From contig CAZVFL010000002.1 in the NCBI GenBank assembly GCA_964626025.1, positions 15,439-79,438 of the forward strand: 64,000 nucleotides of DNA, read 5' to 3'. The notes under the pieces are model-generated. The model was not told the DNA's origin and did not search any database. It saw only the letters and a program-made list of their open reading frames with translations. The translations under genes were made by a program, and so were the position numbers. Source of the DNA: an uncultured Thalassospiraceae bacterium (lineage in GTDB: Bacteria; Pseudomonadota; Alphaproteobacteria; Rhodospirillales; Casp-alpha2). Numbering within the stretch: the stretch's first letter is position 1; the number at the start of each line of letters is the position of its first letter. Positions 55,100 to 64,000 of this stretch are shown piece by piece.

Positions 55100-56095
55100 C
55101 TAGCTCACCTCTTGGGCCGCCGATTCGGGCAGCTCCTCGCCCATGCAGCGTTGATAATATTCGGCGACCACGGGGCGTTCGACCTCATCGCACTTGTTGA
55201 GGAACGTCATCCTGAAGGCGAAGGCCTGATCGTGGAAAATCTCGGTGTTTTCGGCCCAGGTGATGACGGTTCGGGGCGACATCACGGTCGAAATGTCGCC
55301 GTTCATGAAGCCGGCGCGGGTCAGGTCCGCGACCTCGACCATGGCGCTGGCTTTTCCGCGGCTTTCCTTGGTGTTATAGGACGGCACTTTGGCGAGCACG
55401 ATTTCAAGCTCTTTGTCGTGGGGCAGGTAATTCAGCGTCGCCACCACGTTCCAGCGGTCCATCTGGCCCTGGTTTATCTGTTGGGTGCCGTGGTAAAGCC
55501 CGGTGGTGTCGCCCAGCCCGACCGTGTTGGTGGTCGAAAACAGCCTGAAATAGGGGTGCGGGCGAATCACCCGGTTTTGGTCCAGCAACGTCAGCTTGCC
55601 CTCGACCTCCAGCACCCGCTGGATCACGAACATCACGTCGGGCCGCCCGGCATCATATTCGTCGAACACCAGCGCCGTCGGATTCTGTACCGCCCAGGGC
55701 AGCATGCCTTCGCGGAATTCCGTGACCTGCTGGCCGTCGCGCAGCACGATGGCGTCCTTTCCGACCAGGTCGATACGGCTGATGTGGCTGTCCAGGTTGA
55801 TGCGGATGCAGGGCCAGTTGAGCCGCGCCGCCACCTGCTCGATATGGGTGGACTTGCCGGTCCCGTGGTAGCCCTGGATCATGACCCGGCGGTTGTGGGC
55901 GAAACCGGACAGGATGGCCAGCGTCGTGTCGTGGTCGAAGCGGTAGGCGTCGTCGACGTCCGGCACGTGGTCCTCGGGTTGGCTGAAGGCCGGGACCTCC
56001 ATGTCGCTGTCGATGCCGAACAATTGCCGCACCGAAACCTTCATATCCGGCATTTGTTGCGACAGCGTTGTGCCTGTGTCGAAAGAGGTGGTCAT
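55100..56095 (-). CDS. cobS: cobaltochelatase subunit CobS (AAA+/MoxR-like)
   Basis: [32 protein letters not shown]...; 331 aa. Confidence 0.9.
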   Translation of the reverse strand: MTTSFDTGTTLSQQMPDMKVSVRQLFGIDSDMEVPAFSQPEDHVPDVDDAYRFDHDTTLAILSGFAHNRRVMIQGYHGTGKSTHIEQVAARLNWPCIRINLDSHISRIDLVGKDAIVLRDGQQVTEFREGMLPWAVQNPTALVFDEYDAGRPDVMFVIQRVLEVEGKLTLLDQNRVIRPHPYFRLFSTTNTVGLGDTTGLYHGTQQINQGQMDRWNVVATLNYLPHDKELEIVLAKVPSYNTKESRGKASAMVEVADLTRAGFMNGDISTVMSPRTVITWAENTEIFHDQAFAFRMTFLNKCDEVERPVVAEYYQRCMGEELPESAAQEVS

Positions 56096-56192
56096 GATGT
56101 CAAGGTTCCAAATGGCTCAAGCGGCAGGGTCGAGCTAAATTTGGGCGCAATAGCGGGTAAAAACAAGGGCGTAAGCCAAACGGCTCATCCCG

Positions 56193-56786
56193 TCAAGAGG
56201 CCAGCATATCCATGATAATCTGGTAGGCCTCGTTGATTTCCTTGATTTTTTCTTCTGCGGCCTTGTCGCCGCCGTTGGTGTCGGGGTGGTGCTGTTTAAC
56301 CAGTTCCTTATAACGCGCCTTCACCGCATCGGTTTTCACCGGGCCTGTAAGGCCGAAAACGGCGACGGCCCATGCCTGGCGTCTTCCTGGTTTGGCGTTC
56401 CGGTCGGGGCGCTTTCCAAATCCGCCCTTTTCATCCCATTCGGGCCCGAATGCGCCCATTCGGCCCATTAGATCCTCGGCCGTGAACGGTCCATGGTCAC
56501 CTTTTCCGTTTCCGCCTCCAAGCGGCCAACTCGGGCGGTTCCAGACCGTATCCTGCCGGACATCGACTTCGACCTCGTCGTCGCTCATTCCGGCGTAATA
56601 GTTCCAGCCGATATTGTATTCGCGCGCATGCAAGAGGCAGAACCAGTGATAGCTTTTGATTTCGTCCCTTGATTTTGGCGCCCGATGCAGGCCCTCGTCC
56701 ACGCAACCCGGCCAGTCGCAATAGCGGATTTCCGGGCCATCCGACTCGAAGCACTCAAACGAAATGGAACTCGATGGGTTCGCCAT
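56193..56786 (-). CDS. J-domain-containing protein
   Basis: C-terminal VKARYKELVKQHHPDTNGGDKAAEEKIKEINEAYQII (HPD motif). Confidence 0.8.
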   Translation of the reverse strand: MANPSSSISFECFESDGPEIRYCDWPGCVDEGLHRAPKSRDEIKSYHWFCLLHAREYNIGWNYYAGMSDDEVEVDVRQDTVWNRPSWPLGGGNGKGDHGPFTAEDLMGRMGAFGPEWDEKGGFGKRPDRNAKPGRRQAWAVAVFGLTGPVKTDAVKARYKELVKQHHPDTNGGDKAAEEKIKEINEAYQIIMDMLAS

Positions 56787-56870
56787 AACCCTAAAACTAT
56801 GGGCAATCCCTCGGGGGCTGGCAAGCGCCGGCGGAAAATTTCCTTCTTGACCTCGTTTCTTTTCAAGGAC

Positions 56871-57731
56871 TTAGGTTTTTTTCGCTCGCCTGAGGTCATC
56901 AAGGGCGACCACTAAAACCCCAAGGGCAATCAAGATCAGTCCCGAAATCATGGTCAGCGTGAGTGTCTCACCCAGAAACAGGGCTGAAGAGGCAACCCCC
57001 AATACCGGCACGCCCAGAGACCCCAGCGACGTGCTCATCGCCGGGAGCGTCCTGGAAACGGTGACATAGGCCCAAAAAGCGAATCCGGAAGCCACCAGCC
57101 CGTTATAAGCCATGATCAGCGTCAGAGGCGCTGTCCACCGAATATCGGCATCGCCCTCAATGACGGTGGCGGCGGCATATAGAAGCCCCGCACCCAACAG
57201 CATTTGCCAGGGTATCAATTGGATGATGGGGGATGTCCACGTGTAGCGGCGGATATGAACGATGGCGATGGCGAAACTGAAAGACGCCAAAAGCATCAGG
57301 CCGTTGCCGATTAGCGCCTTTTGATCGCCTAAGTCGAAGGCCAGCGGGTTGAACAGCACCCCGATACCCGCCAATCCCAGCGCCAACCCGCCCAACTTGG
57401 CCCGGGTCGGCCGTTCGCCGAGAAACAGGAAGGCCAACGGCAGGACCCACAACGGGATGATAAAAACCAGGATCGCCGAACGCCCGGCCTCCATGTATTG
57501 AAGGCCCGTATGGATCAGCCCCGCCGGCAGGCCGATCTGGAAAACGCCGACGGATATCAGGATCGGAAACTCATTGCGGCGGGGCCAAGCCAGGTTCCCC
57601 TGTAGGGCCAAATAGGTAAAAAGACAAAGGGTGCCCAGGAACATCCGCGTTGCCGCAAACCACAACGGCGTGACGTAGAGCAACCCCAATTTCATTATCG
57701 GCCAGTTCACCCCCCAAAAAATGATGACCAA
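56871..57731 (-). CDS. DMT superfamily (EamA) transporter
   Basis: Ten hydrophobic segments and a duplicated EamA pattern; start (TTG) uncertain. Confidence 0.8.
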   Translation of the reverse strand: MVIIFWGVNWPIMKLGLLYVTPLWFAATRMFLGTLCLFTYLALQGNLAWPRRNEFPILISVGVFQIGLPAGLIHTGLQYMEAGRSAILVFIIPLWVLPLAFLFLGERPTRAKLGGLALGLAGIGVLFNPLAFDLGDQKALIGNGLMLLASFSFAIAIVHIRRYTWTSPIIQLIPWQMLLGAGLLYAAATVIEGDADIRWTAPLTLIMAYNGLVASGFAFWAYVTVSRTLPAMSTSLGSLGVPVLGVASSALFLGETLTLTMISGLILIALGVLVVALDDLRRAKKT

Positions 57732-58070
57732 GGCCAGGAGAACGTAAGCTCGCCCCAGGGTTTCCGTATGGTTATTTTTGTTAATGGCGGTCTATGTCCT
57801 TCTGCATACTTGTAATTCTATTGTATTCTGGCCGAAAGTTATCAATTGGCAGGGTATGAAGAGTTGGAAAACTTAATATACGGCTTTAACCGTAAAAACC
57901 TTGTTGAGGCGTTGGGAGATATCGCGAAATTCCGAAGCATGGTGAACATGCCGCGACCGTCCTGCGTGCCGGCTGCAGGGATTATGGCTTTGTGAATTAC
58001 GATTCTGGTTTTGTCGGCGGCGCGGAGAACGGTTCGGCTTCGTTTTTGGAAAGTGACTAGTCAAAAGATA

Positions 58071-58355
58071 ATGAGAGCGAAATTGATAAGCAAAAATGTA
58101 ACCATCCACGGCCGCAGAACGAGTCTCCGCCTGGAGCAGGCCAGCTGGGAGGCCATAAGCGACATCTGTAAATGCGAAGGGCTGACGTTACACGAATTGT
58201 GTTCGTTGATCGAAAACCGACGCAATGGCGCCAGCAGGACATCGGCGGTTCGGGCCTTTATCGTTACCTATTACCGCACCGTGGCGGCCGAATACGGCGC
58301 CCTTCAGGGGGGAACGGCGTCTTCGATTCTTCCCGAGCTTGCCGCCCGGCGCTAA
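58071..58355 (+). CDS. ribbon-helix-helix domain protein (RHH_4-like)
   Basis: KNVTIHGRRTSLRLEQASWEAISDICKCEGLTLHELCSLIE. Confidence 0.6.
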   Translation: MRAKLISKNVTIHGRRTSLRLEQASWEAISDICKCEGLTLHELCSLIENRRNGASRTSAVRAFIVTYYRTVAAEYGALQGGTASSILPELAARR

Positions 58356-58394
58356 GCAAGCCGCCTTGGCCCGGCGCCCCTAATCGGGGACCGT

Positions 58395-58943
58395 TCAGGT
58401 TTCCTCGTAAAAATCCGGCCATTGCCGCCGGACGATTTCGCTGCCCTGGGCGTATGCATGGCAGGTGTTAATCTGCGGAGGCTTTTCGCCAGGCGCGGCC
58501 GTCTTGCGCCGTTGCCTGGCCGAGAAAATGGTTTGATGGGCCGTCACCGCCACCGGCCCCGTTACCAAGTCGGTGATATGGGTGCATCCCTTGATACCAC
58601 CCATCCGCCTGATCACTTCCTTGCGCCAGCCGGAGACGATGGCAAGCCCTTCCAGCGTGGCGATGGTATGGGTAATGTTCCCACAGATGTTGTAGGGTCC
58701 GGCCTCGGTCGAGGCCTCGGCCTTCTGGACAACCAAATCGTCGTCTACGGTCAACCGGACCACCATATGATGGACCGGCTCGCCGATGGCCACGCCGCCC
58801 CGATCGACGTTGTCGAAGGCATAGGTCTTGGTGTCGACGATCTTTCCTTCGATATCCCAAAGGCCGTCTTCCCTCTGGTAGCCGAGGCATTGAATATCGC
58901 GGGTATGAAGGTGTTTGCGCGGTTGTGGTTTCGATAGCGGCAT
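58395..58943 (-). CDS. DUF2889-like protein
   Basis: HTRDIQCLGYQREDGLWDIEG...GCTHITDL pattern recalled from that family; recollection only. Confidence 0.55.
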   Translation of the reverse strand: MPLSKPQPRKHLHTRDIQCLGYQREDGLWDIEGKIVDTKTYAFDNVDRGGVAIGEPVHHMVVRLTVDDDLVVQKAEASTEAGPYNICGNITHTIATLEGLAIVSGWRKEVIRRMGGIKGCTHITDLVTGPVAVTAHQTIFSARQRRKTAAPGEKPPQINTCHAYAQGSEIVRRQWPDFYEET

Positions 58944-59030
58944 GACGGACTATCCCTCAATGTTGGATTCAAGCGACCGGCCCCCACCGGCGGGCGGCGG
59001 TCTTGGGAGCGGAAGGTTGAAGAAGCCTCT

Positions 59031-59477
59031 TCAGGCACCGTAACGGTCGCCGAAGATGAAAGCTTCCGTTTCGCGGATATTTTCCTCAAGCGACGATTTC
59101 GCAGCCGCAAAGAGGTCGCGGAGCGACACGATGCCAACGCATTTACCGTCATCAACCACCGGCAAATGCCGGTATTGACGCGACTGCATCAATTCCAGCG
59201 CATCGCCGGCGGAATCATCGGGCGCCAGCGTATCCGGGTTACTGGTCATGATATCGGCGATTTGCGTTTTTTTTGGGTCAAGTCCCTTGCCGACGAGACG
59301 CCGTGTTATGTCGCGTTCGGTGACGATGCCGGACAAATTTCCGTCTTTGTCGAGAATGATGACGGCGCCGATATTGGCGCTGGTCATCATGGTAGCGGCT
59401 TCGAAAGCGGTGTTTTCCGGCTTTAACGAACTGATGGACTGTCGCTTGACGATGTCGGGAATTATTTTGCGTTGCAT
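59031..59477 (-). CDS. CBS domain pair protein
   Basis: Two CBS-like repeats (GIVTERDITRRL; GIVSLRDLF); internal ATG 59477 of ORF 59031..59906. Confidence 0.8.
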   Translation of the reverse strand: MQRKIIPDIVKRQSISSLKPENTAFEAATMMTSANIGAVIILDKDGNLSGIVTERDITRRLVGKGLDPKKTQIADIMTSNPDTLAPDDSAGDALELMQSRQYRHLPVVDDGKCVGIVSLRDLFAAAKSSLEENIRETEAFIFGDRYGA

Positions 59478-59622
59478 AATCCCATCCCTTTGACATTTCC
59501 TGCCCTGAGTGACCGTTCCGTCAATTTTAGGGCAAGGAAGGGGGGGCCGCACAAGGGGGTTTAAGAATCCTTCTAGATTCCAATGCCTAAGCAAGAATCC
59601 CCTAAAAACTCTAGGGAACGAA

Positions 59623-60882
59623 TCAGTCAATTTCCCGGGGCGGGATGATGCGCACACAGGTAATTTGATGGCGGAGCCGGCGGATGATTTCAAACTGAAA
59701 CCCATGGAAGCGGAATCTCTGGCCGACTTCCGGGATACGCCTCGATTCATGCAATACCAAGCCTGCGATGGTGGATGCCTCTTCGTCGGGAAGCTTCCAT
59801 TCGAACTCGCGGTTGAGGTCGCGGATGGTGGTGGCGCCGTCGATGAGATAGCTTCCGTCGGCGCGAGCCCTGACACCGGTGACGGAAACGTCGTGCACGT
59901 CGTCAATCTCGCCGACGATTTCCTCGAGAATATCTTCCAGCGTCACCACCCCCATCAGGCTGCCGTATTCGTCGACGACAAGGGCAAAATGCTCACGCCG
60001 CCGTCGAAAGGCTTCCAGTTGGTCAACAAGCAGGGTCTGTTCCGGGATGAACCACGGTTCGGCCGCCAGCGACGTCACGTCAAGGCCGCTCAGATCCTGG
60101 CCGCGTGTTCGCACCTCGCGTAGCAGCGCTTTGGCATGTAGCACACCGATGACGTTGTCCGGGTTATCGCGCCATAACGGCACCCGGGTATAGGGGCTGT
60201 CCAAAACCTCGGCCACCACTTGTTCCGGATCGAGGTCGCCGTCGATGGCGGTGACGTTTTTTCGGTGAATCATGATTTCGCCAACCTGCACTTCGCCCAA
60301 ATCGAGGACGCTGCGCAGCATGGCGCGTTCTTGTCTTCCGCCGTCGGTTTCGGTGTGAAGTTCTATGGCGCCCCTGAGTTCCTCAGCGCTTGAGCCGAAA
60401 ACGTCTTCTGCGTGGTATTCGGTGTCGAATATCTTGAGGATGCCGCGAACGGCAAAGTTGATGACCGCCGTCACCGGCGTCAGCATCCAGACCAGGCCGC
60501 TGACCACCGGAGCAACGGCGAGCGCCGCCTGGTTGGCGTTCCTGAAGGCATAGGTTTTCGGCAGGATTTCGGCGAAGACAAGGATCAGCAAGGTCATGGT
60601 GATGGTTGCATAAACCACCCCGGCGTCGCCGAAGATCACGATCAGCAAACTGGTGGCCAGGGCCGAGGCCATGATGTTTACGAGATTGTTGCCCAGCAAA
60701 ATCACCCCGATCAGTCTTTCCTTGTGCTCGAAAAGGCGATTGACGACCCTGGCCCGGTGGTCGCCATTTTGATCAAGCTGGTGCATCAACGGCCTGGAAG
60801 CGGCGGTTAGCGCCGTTTCCGAACCGGAAAAGAAGGCGGATAATATCAACAGGACGGTGATGGTGATAAGGGTACCTAACAT
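59623..60882 (-). CDS. HlyC/CorC (CNNM/TlyC) family transporter
   Basis: DUF21 TM region, CBS pair and C-terminal CorC_HlyC domain. Confidence 0.85.
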   Translation of the reverse strand: MLGTLITITVLLILSAFFSGSETALTAASRPLMHQLDQNGDHRARVVNRLFEHKERLIGVILLGNNLVNIMASALATSLLIVIFGDAGVVYATITMTLLILVFAEILPKTYAFRNANQAALAVAPVVSGLVWMLTPVTAVINFAVRGILKIFDTEYHAEDVFGSSAEELRGAIELHTETDGGRQERAMLRSVLDLGEVQVGEIMIHRKNVTAIDGDLDPEQVVAEVLDSPYTRVPLWRDNPDNVIGVLHAKALLREVRTRGQDLSGLDVTSLAAEPWFIPEQTLLVDQLEAFRRRREHFALVVDEYGSLMGVVTLEDILEEIVGEIDDVHDVSVTGVRARADGSYLIDGATTIRDLNREFEWKLPDEEASTIAGLVLHESRRIPEVGQRFRFHGFQFEIIRRLRHQITCVRIIPPREID

Positions 60883-60936
60883 GGCAATACTCTGGTGATG
60901 TCTAAAGGTTGAAGGTTACGATGCGTTGCCCGGGAT

Positions 60937-62064
60937 TTAGTCGGTCCCGGGGGCCAAATGTTCTTCGAGGACGGCACTCAGATCCTCAGGCTCGACGTCA
61001 CGGTTGATGAAGGCCTTGCCGATGCCACGGACTAAAACAAACGTGAGCGATCCGGCACGGACCTTTTTGTCCTTTCCCATCCATTCGACGAGCTTGGCCG
61101 CCGACCAGGTTTCATCGGCAAGGCCTTCAAGACCCACCGGCAGACCCATGGCCTTGAAGTGGCCCTGGACCCGGTCCCGGTCCTCGGCGGGGCACAACCC
61201 CATCCGTACGGACAGGTCAAAGGCGAGGCCTATGCCGATGGCGACGGCTTCGCCGTGAACAAGGTTCTCGCCATAACCCGACTGGGCTTCGAGCGCGTGG
61301 CCAAAGGTATGGCCGAGGTTCAAGAGCGCGCGGGAGCCTTTCTCTCTTTCGTCGTCGGCAACGATGGCGGCCTTGGCTTGGCAACTGGTCAACACCGCAT
61401 GGCGGCAAGCATCGGCTTCGGCCTCTATGACGGCCTTGCCGTTGGCTTCCAGCCAGGCAAAAAAATCAGCATCCCCGATCAGGCCGTACTTGACCACTTC
61501 GGCGTAGCCGGCCCTCAGGTCGCGTGGTTGAAGGCTACCCAAGGTGCCGATGTCAGCCAAAACCAGACGCGGCTGGTGGAAGGCGCCAACCAGGTTTTTG
61601 CCCTGCGGGGTGTTGATTCCTGTTTTACCGCCGACCGAACTGTCCACCTGGGCTAAAAGCGTGGTCGGTATTTGCACTAAATCCAGCCCGCGGAGCGTAA
61701 TCGCAGCGGCAAAGCCGGTGATGTCGCCGATGACACCGCCGCCGAGGGCCAGCAAGGTCGTCGCTCTATCAATGCCGGCATCCAATAGTTTTCCGATCAG
61801 ATCCTCGGCATGGGCATAGTCCTTGGTCTGCTCTCCGGCCTCCAGCGCGATGCTTTCATGGCCGATCCCTACATCGTCCAGCGATGTTTCCAAGGTGCCG
61901 AGCCAATGCTTCTTAACGTTATCATCGGTGATGATGACCACTTTCGGTTCGGCCAGCAGCGGTTGGATAAGCCGGCCGGCGTCGGCAAGCAATCCTTCGC
62001 CAACGACGATGTCGTAGCTGCGTTCGCCAAGTTCCACGGTCATGGTCGAATACTCGGCGCTCAT
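60937..62064 (-). CDS. aroB: 3-dehydroquinate synthase
   Basis: ALGGGVIGD..GF.AA...RG......PTTLLAQVDSSVGGKTGIN; ATG overlaps the aroK stop (ATGA). Confidence 0.92.
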   Translation of the reverse strand: MSAEYSTMTVELGERSYDIVVGEGLLADAGRLIQPLLAEPKVVIITDDNVKKHWLGTLETSLDDVGIGHESIALEAGEQTKDYAHAEDLIGKLLDAGIDRATTLLALGGGVIGDITGFAAAITLRGLDLVQIPTTLLAQVDSSVGGKTGINTPQGKNLVGAFHQPRLVLADIGTLGSLQPRDLRAGYAEVVKYGLIGDADFFAWLEANGKAVIEAEADACRHAVLTSCQAKAAIVADDEREKGSRALLNLGHTFGHALEAQSGYGENLVHGEAVAIGIGLAFDLSVRMGLCPAEDRDRVQGHFKAMGLPVGLEGLADETWSAAKLVEWMGKDKKVRAGSLTFVLVRGIGKAFINRDVEPEDLSAVLEEHLAPGTD

Positions 62065-62624
62065 GAGCGGGCCTCCCTTCCGGCGGGCCCGGAGAGCGCC
62101 CCAAGGGCCTCGGTGATCATTCCGACCGTGACATCGGCGCCTTCTTCCTTGGAATCGACGATGATATCGGCTTCGGCATAGACGGGGTAACGCTTGTCCA
62201 TCAGTTTTTTCAAGACAGCCTTGGGCTCCCGGTTTTTCAACAATGGCCGTCCGCCGCGCCGCCGGGTGCGCTTCACCAGAACATCCAACTCGACGCGCAG
62301 CCAGACCGATACTCCCTTCTCGGCGAACAGGGCCCGGGTCTTTGGGTTCATGAAAGCGCCGCCCCCTGTCGCCAGGATTACCGGCCTTTCTTCCAAAAGC
62401 CGCTGGATCACCCGCTCTTCCACATCGCGGAAGGCCGATTCGCCGTAAAGTTCGAAAATATCCTCGATCGAACATCCGGCGGCCTTGACGATTTTCTCGT
62501 CGGCATCAATAAACGTCATTTCCATTTTTTCGGCGAGCTTACGGCCGACGCTGGTCTTCCCAGCCCCCATGAGGCCAACCAGAATAATGGATTTGCCGGA
62601 CAATCGTGATTGATCCGCCGTCAT
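62061..62624 (-). CDS. aroK: shikimate kinase
   Basis: LVGLMGAGKTSVGR Walker A; ...ATGGGA... Confidence 0.92.
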   Translation of the reverse strand: MTADQSRLSGKSIILVGLMGAGKTSVGRKLAEKMEMTFIDADEKIVKAAGCSIEDIFELYGESAFRDVEERVIQRLLEERPVILATGGGAFMNPKTRALFAEKGVSVWLRVELDVLVKRTRRRGGRPLLKNREPKAVLKKLMDKRYPVYAEADIIVDSKEEGADVTVGMITEALGALSGPAGREARS

Positions 62625-62853
62625 GCGAAACGAGGTTTATGACCGGCAACAAGACCGGTTAAGACGCGCCAAGATTCCGCCCCCTGATCCAGGCCTGGGG
62701 GCCACGGTCGTTGAAAGCGCATGCCCGAGCCGATAAACTGCGGGCCTAGGGATTGCCGAAAAATTGCCATAGTCGAAACTTAGCATAAACAATATAGGCT
62801 GTCGTTAAATCACCAACGGCGCCAATTTCGGATGAACAACCGGAGCATCAAGG

Positions 62854-62994
62854 ATGAAAAGCTTTTCCAGGTTTGTGTTTCTGCTGGTCATCCTGGCGCT
62901 TATCGGCGGCGGCGCATTCCTGGCGACGTGGGATATACCGCCGCCCGTAAAAAAAGTTGAAAGAGTCCTCCCCGATGACCGCTTCCCCCGTTAA
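62854..62994 (+). CDS. possible 46-aa single-TM protein
   Basis: GGAG-type RBS; MKSFSRFVFLLVILALIGGGAFLATW...; below the ORF-track cutoff; speculative. Confidence 0.3.
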   Translation: MKSFSRFVFLLVILALIGGGAFLATWDIPPPVKKVERVLPDDRFPR

Positions 62995-64000
62995 ACAGCA
63001 CCGCCAAGGAATAGCCGCACTTAAGGCGGCAGCCATAATGTTGCTGGCTTTGTTGATGGTTGCTGTCCCCGGGTCCAACGGTCAAGCCCAGCAGAATCAG
63101 CCGGTGCTCCTGTCGCCCCCGCAGAAACTGGCTCCACCGACCGCCGTTCCCCCGGCTCCGGAAAGTGAAGGCGACGGCTCATCTGCCGATACGGTGCAAC
63201 CCATTGCCGCCACCCCGCCACCCGGCGGGACCGGGGTGCAAATCGACAGCCTGCAAACCATTGATTCCGATACGGCAGGGACCTTGACCGCCGAACAAGG
63301 CGGTTTCGGCGCCGACATGTGGAAGGGAACCGAGCGCGCCATTGTCGAACGGTTGCTGCCGCAACTGCCGGTCAGCACATCGTCTGCGGCCATGCGGAAT
63401 CTGATGCGCAGAATGCTGTTAAGCATTGCACGGGTGCCCGAGGGCAAATCCCAAGGGGCAAGCCTGGTGGCGATCAGGGTCAAGTTGCTGGCCGCCATGG
63501 GGGACTTGGTTGCCGTCAATATTCTTCTCAACGTGACGCCGGGCCGGGCGACGGACCAGGAACTGATCCGGGTGGAAACCGAAGCCCGCTTCCTGGCCAA
63601 CGATAATGCGCGGGCCTGCGCGTTGGCCGGCGGACAGGTTCGCGATCACAAAATTCCCTATTGGCAGAAAGCTTTTCTTTTCTGTCAGGCGCTGACGGGC
63701 GAACACAGCAAGGCGGCGCTTGGCGTTTCGGTGATGCGGGAAGCCGGTAATGAAGACGAAGTTTTCTTTTCGTTGATCGAATCCCTTGGTTCCGGCACCC
63801 CGGCGATCCTTACAACGCTCGCCAATCCGACGCCCTTGCACCTGGCCATGGCGCGGGTAGCCAAGGCGAAACTGCCGGCCGATGTCATTTCGTCCAGCGG
63901 CCCAGGTATTCTCCGCACCATCGCCATTAGCCCCAACGCGCCGGTCGGGCTTAGGCTTGAAGCGGCCGAGCGCGCGGAATCGGCCGGCGCGTTGCCCGTG
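62975..64000 (+). CDS. hypothetical exported protein, 5' part (runs off the window)
   Basis: Open frame to the window end; signal-like AALKAAAIMLLALLMVAVPGSNGQA; not in ORF track because there is no stop. Confidence 0.5.
   Translation, partial: MTASPVKQHRQGIAALKAAAIMLLALLMVAVPGSNGQAQQNQPVLLSPPQKLAPPTAVPPAPESEGDGSSADTVQPIAATPPPGGTGVQIDSLQTIDSDTAGTLTAEQGGFGADMWKGTERAIVERLLPQLPVSTSSAAMRNLMRRMLLSIARVPEGKSQGASLVAIRVKLLAAMGDLVAVNILLNVTPGRATDQELIRVETEARFLANDNARACALAGGQVRDHKIPYWQKAFLFCQALTGEHSKAALGVSVMREAGNEDEVFFSLIESLGSGTPAILTTLANPTPLHLAMARVAKAKLPADVISSSGPGILRTIAISPNAPVGLRLEAAERAESAGALPV

Overview
High-GC chromosomal window; gene content and order look alphaproteobacterial (inference). It splits into three parts. 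(1) About 1-33 kb is a heavily rearranged surface-polysaccharide locus. It holds rfbB/rfbA, a WecE-type aminotransferase, a sugar formyltransferase, an ArnC/GtrB-like GT2, a large polytopic membrane protein, several methyltransferases, Wzm/Wzt, a two-domain GT4, an O-antigen-ligase-like protein and two AsnB-like amidotransferases. The locus is interrupted by gene stumps, four IS3-type end scars and one intact IS1595-family element carrying four unknown passenger ORFs. A Cj1417/Cj1416-like gene pair plus a PEP-mobile-domain stump suggests a decayed phosphoramidate (MeOPN-like) glycan-modification module. (2) About 33-43 kb and 46.5-64 kb are ordinary housekeeping genes: MATE, MarR, pssA-psd, cytochromes c, LOG, icd, bioBAFD, rpmB, tauD-like, cobST, aroKB. 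(3) A 3.2-kb accessory islet lies between icd and bioD. It contains a 263-bp duplication of the icd 3' end whose copies differ only at synonymous sites. The duplication brackets an orphan Flp pilin gene that is missing from the ORF track. The islet also holds a C69 peptidase, palindromic repeats and four phased 10-bp repeats. A spacer-less array of 6.3 tandem 41-bp hairpin units follows a near-consensus promoter and sits just upstream of an AbrB/MazE-Doc toxin-antitoxin pair. That repeat array is my best candidate for an undescribed element. All calls come from reading the sequence and translations; no database searches were run, and many start codons are uncertain.
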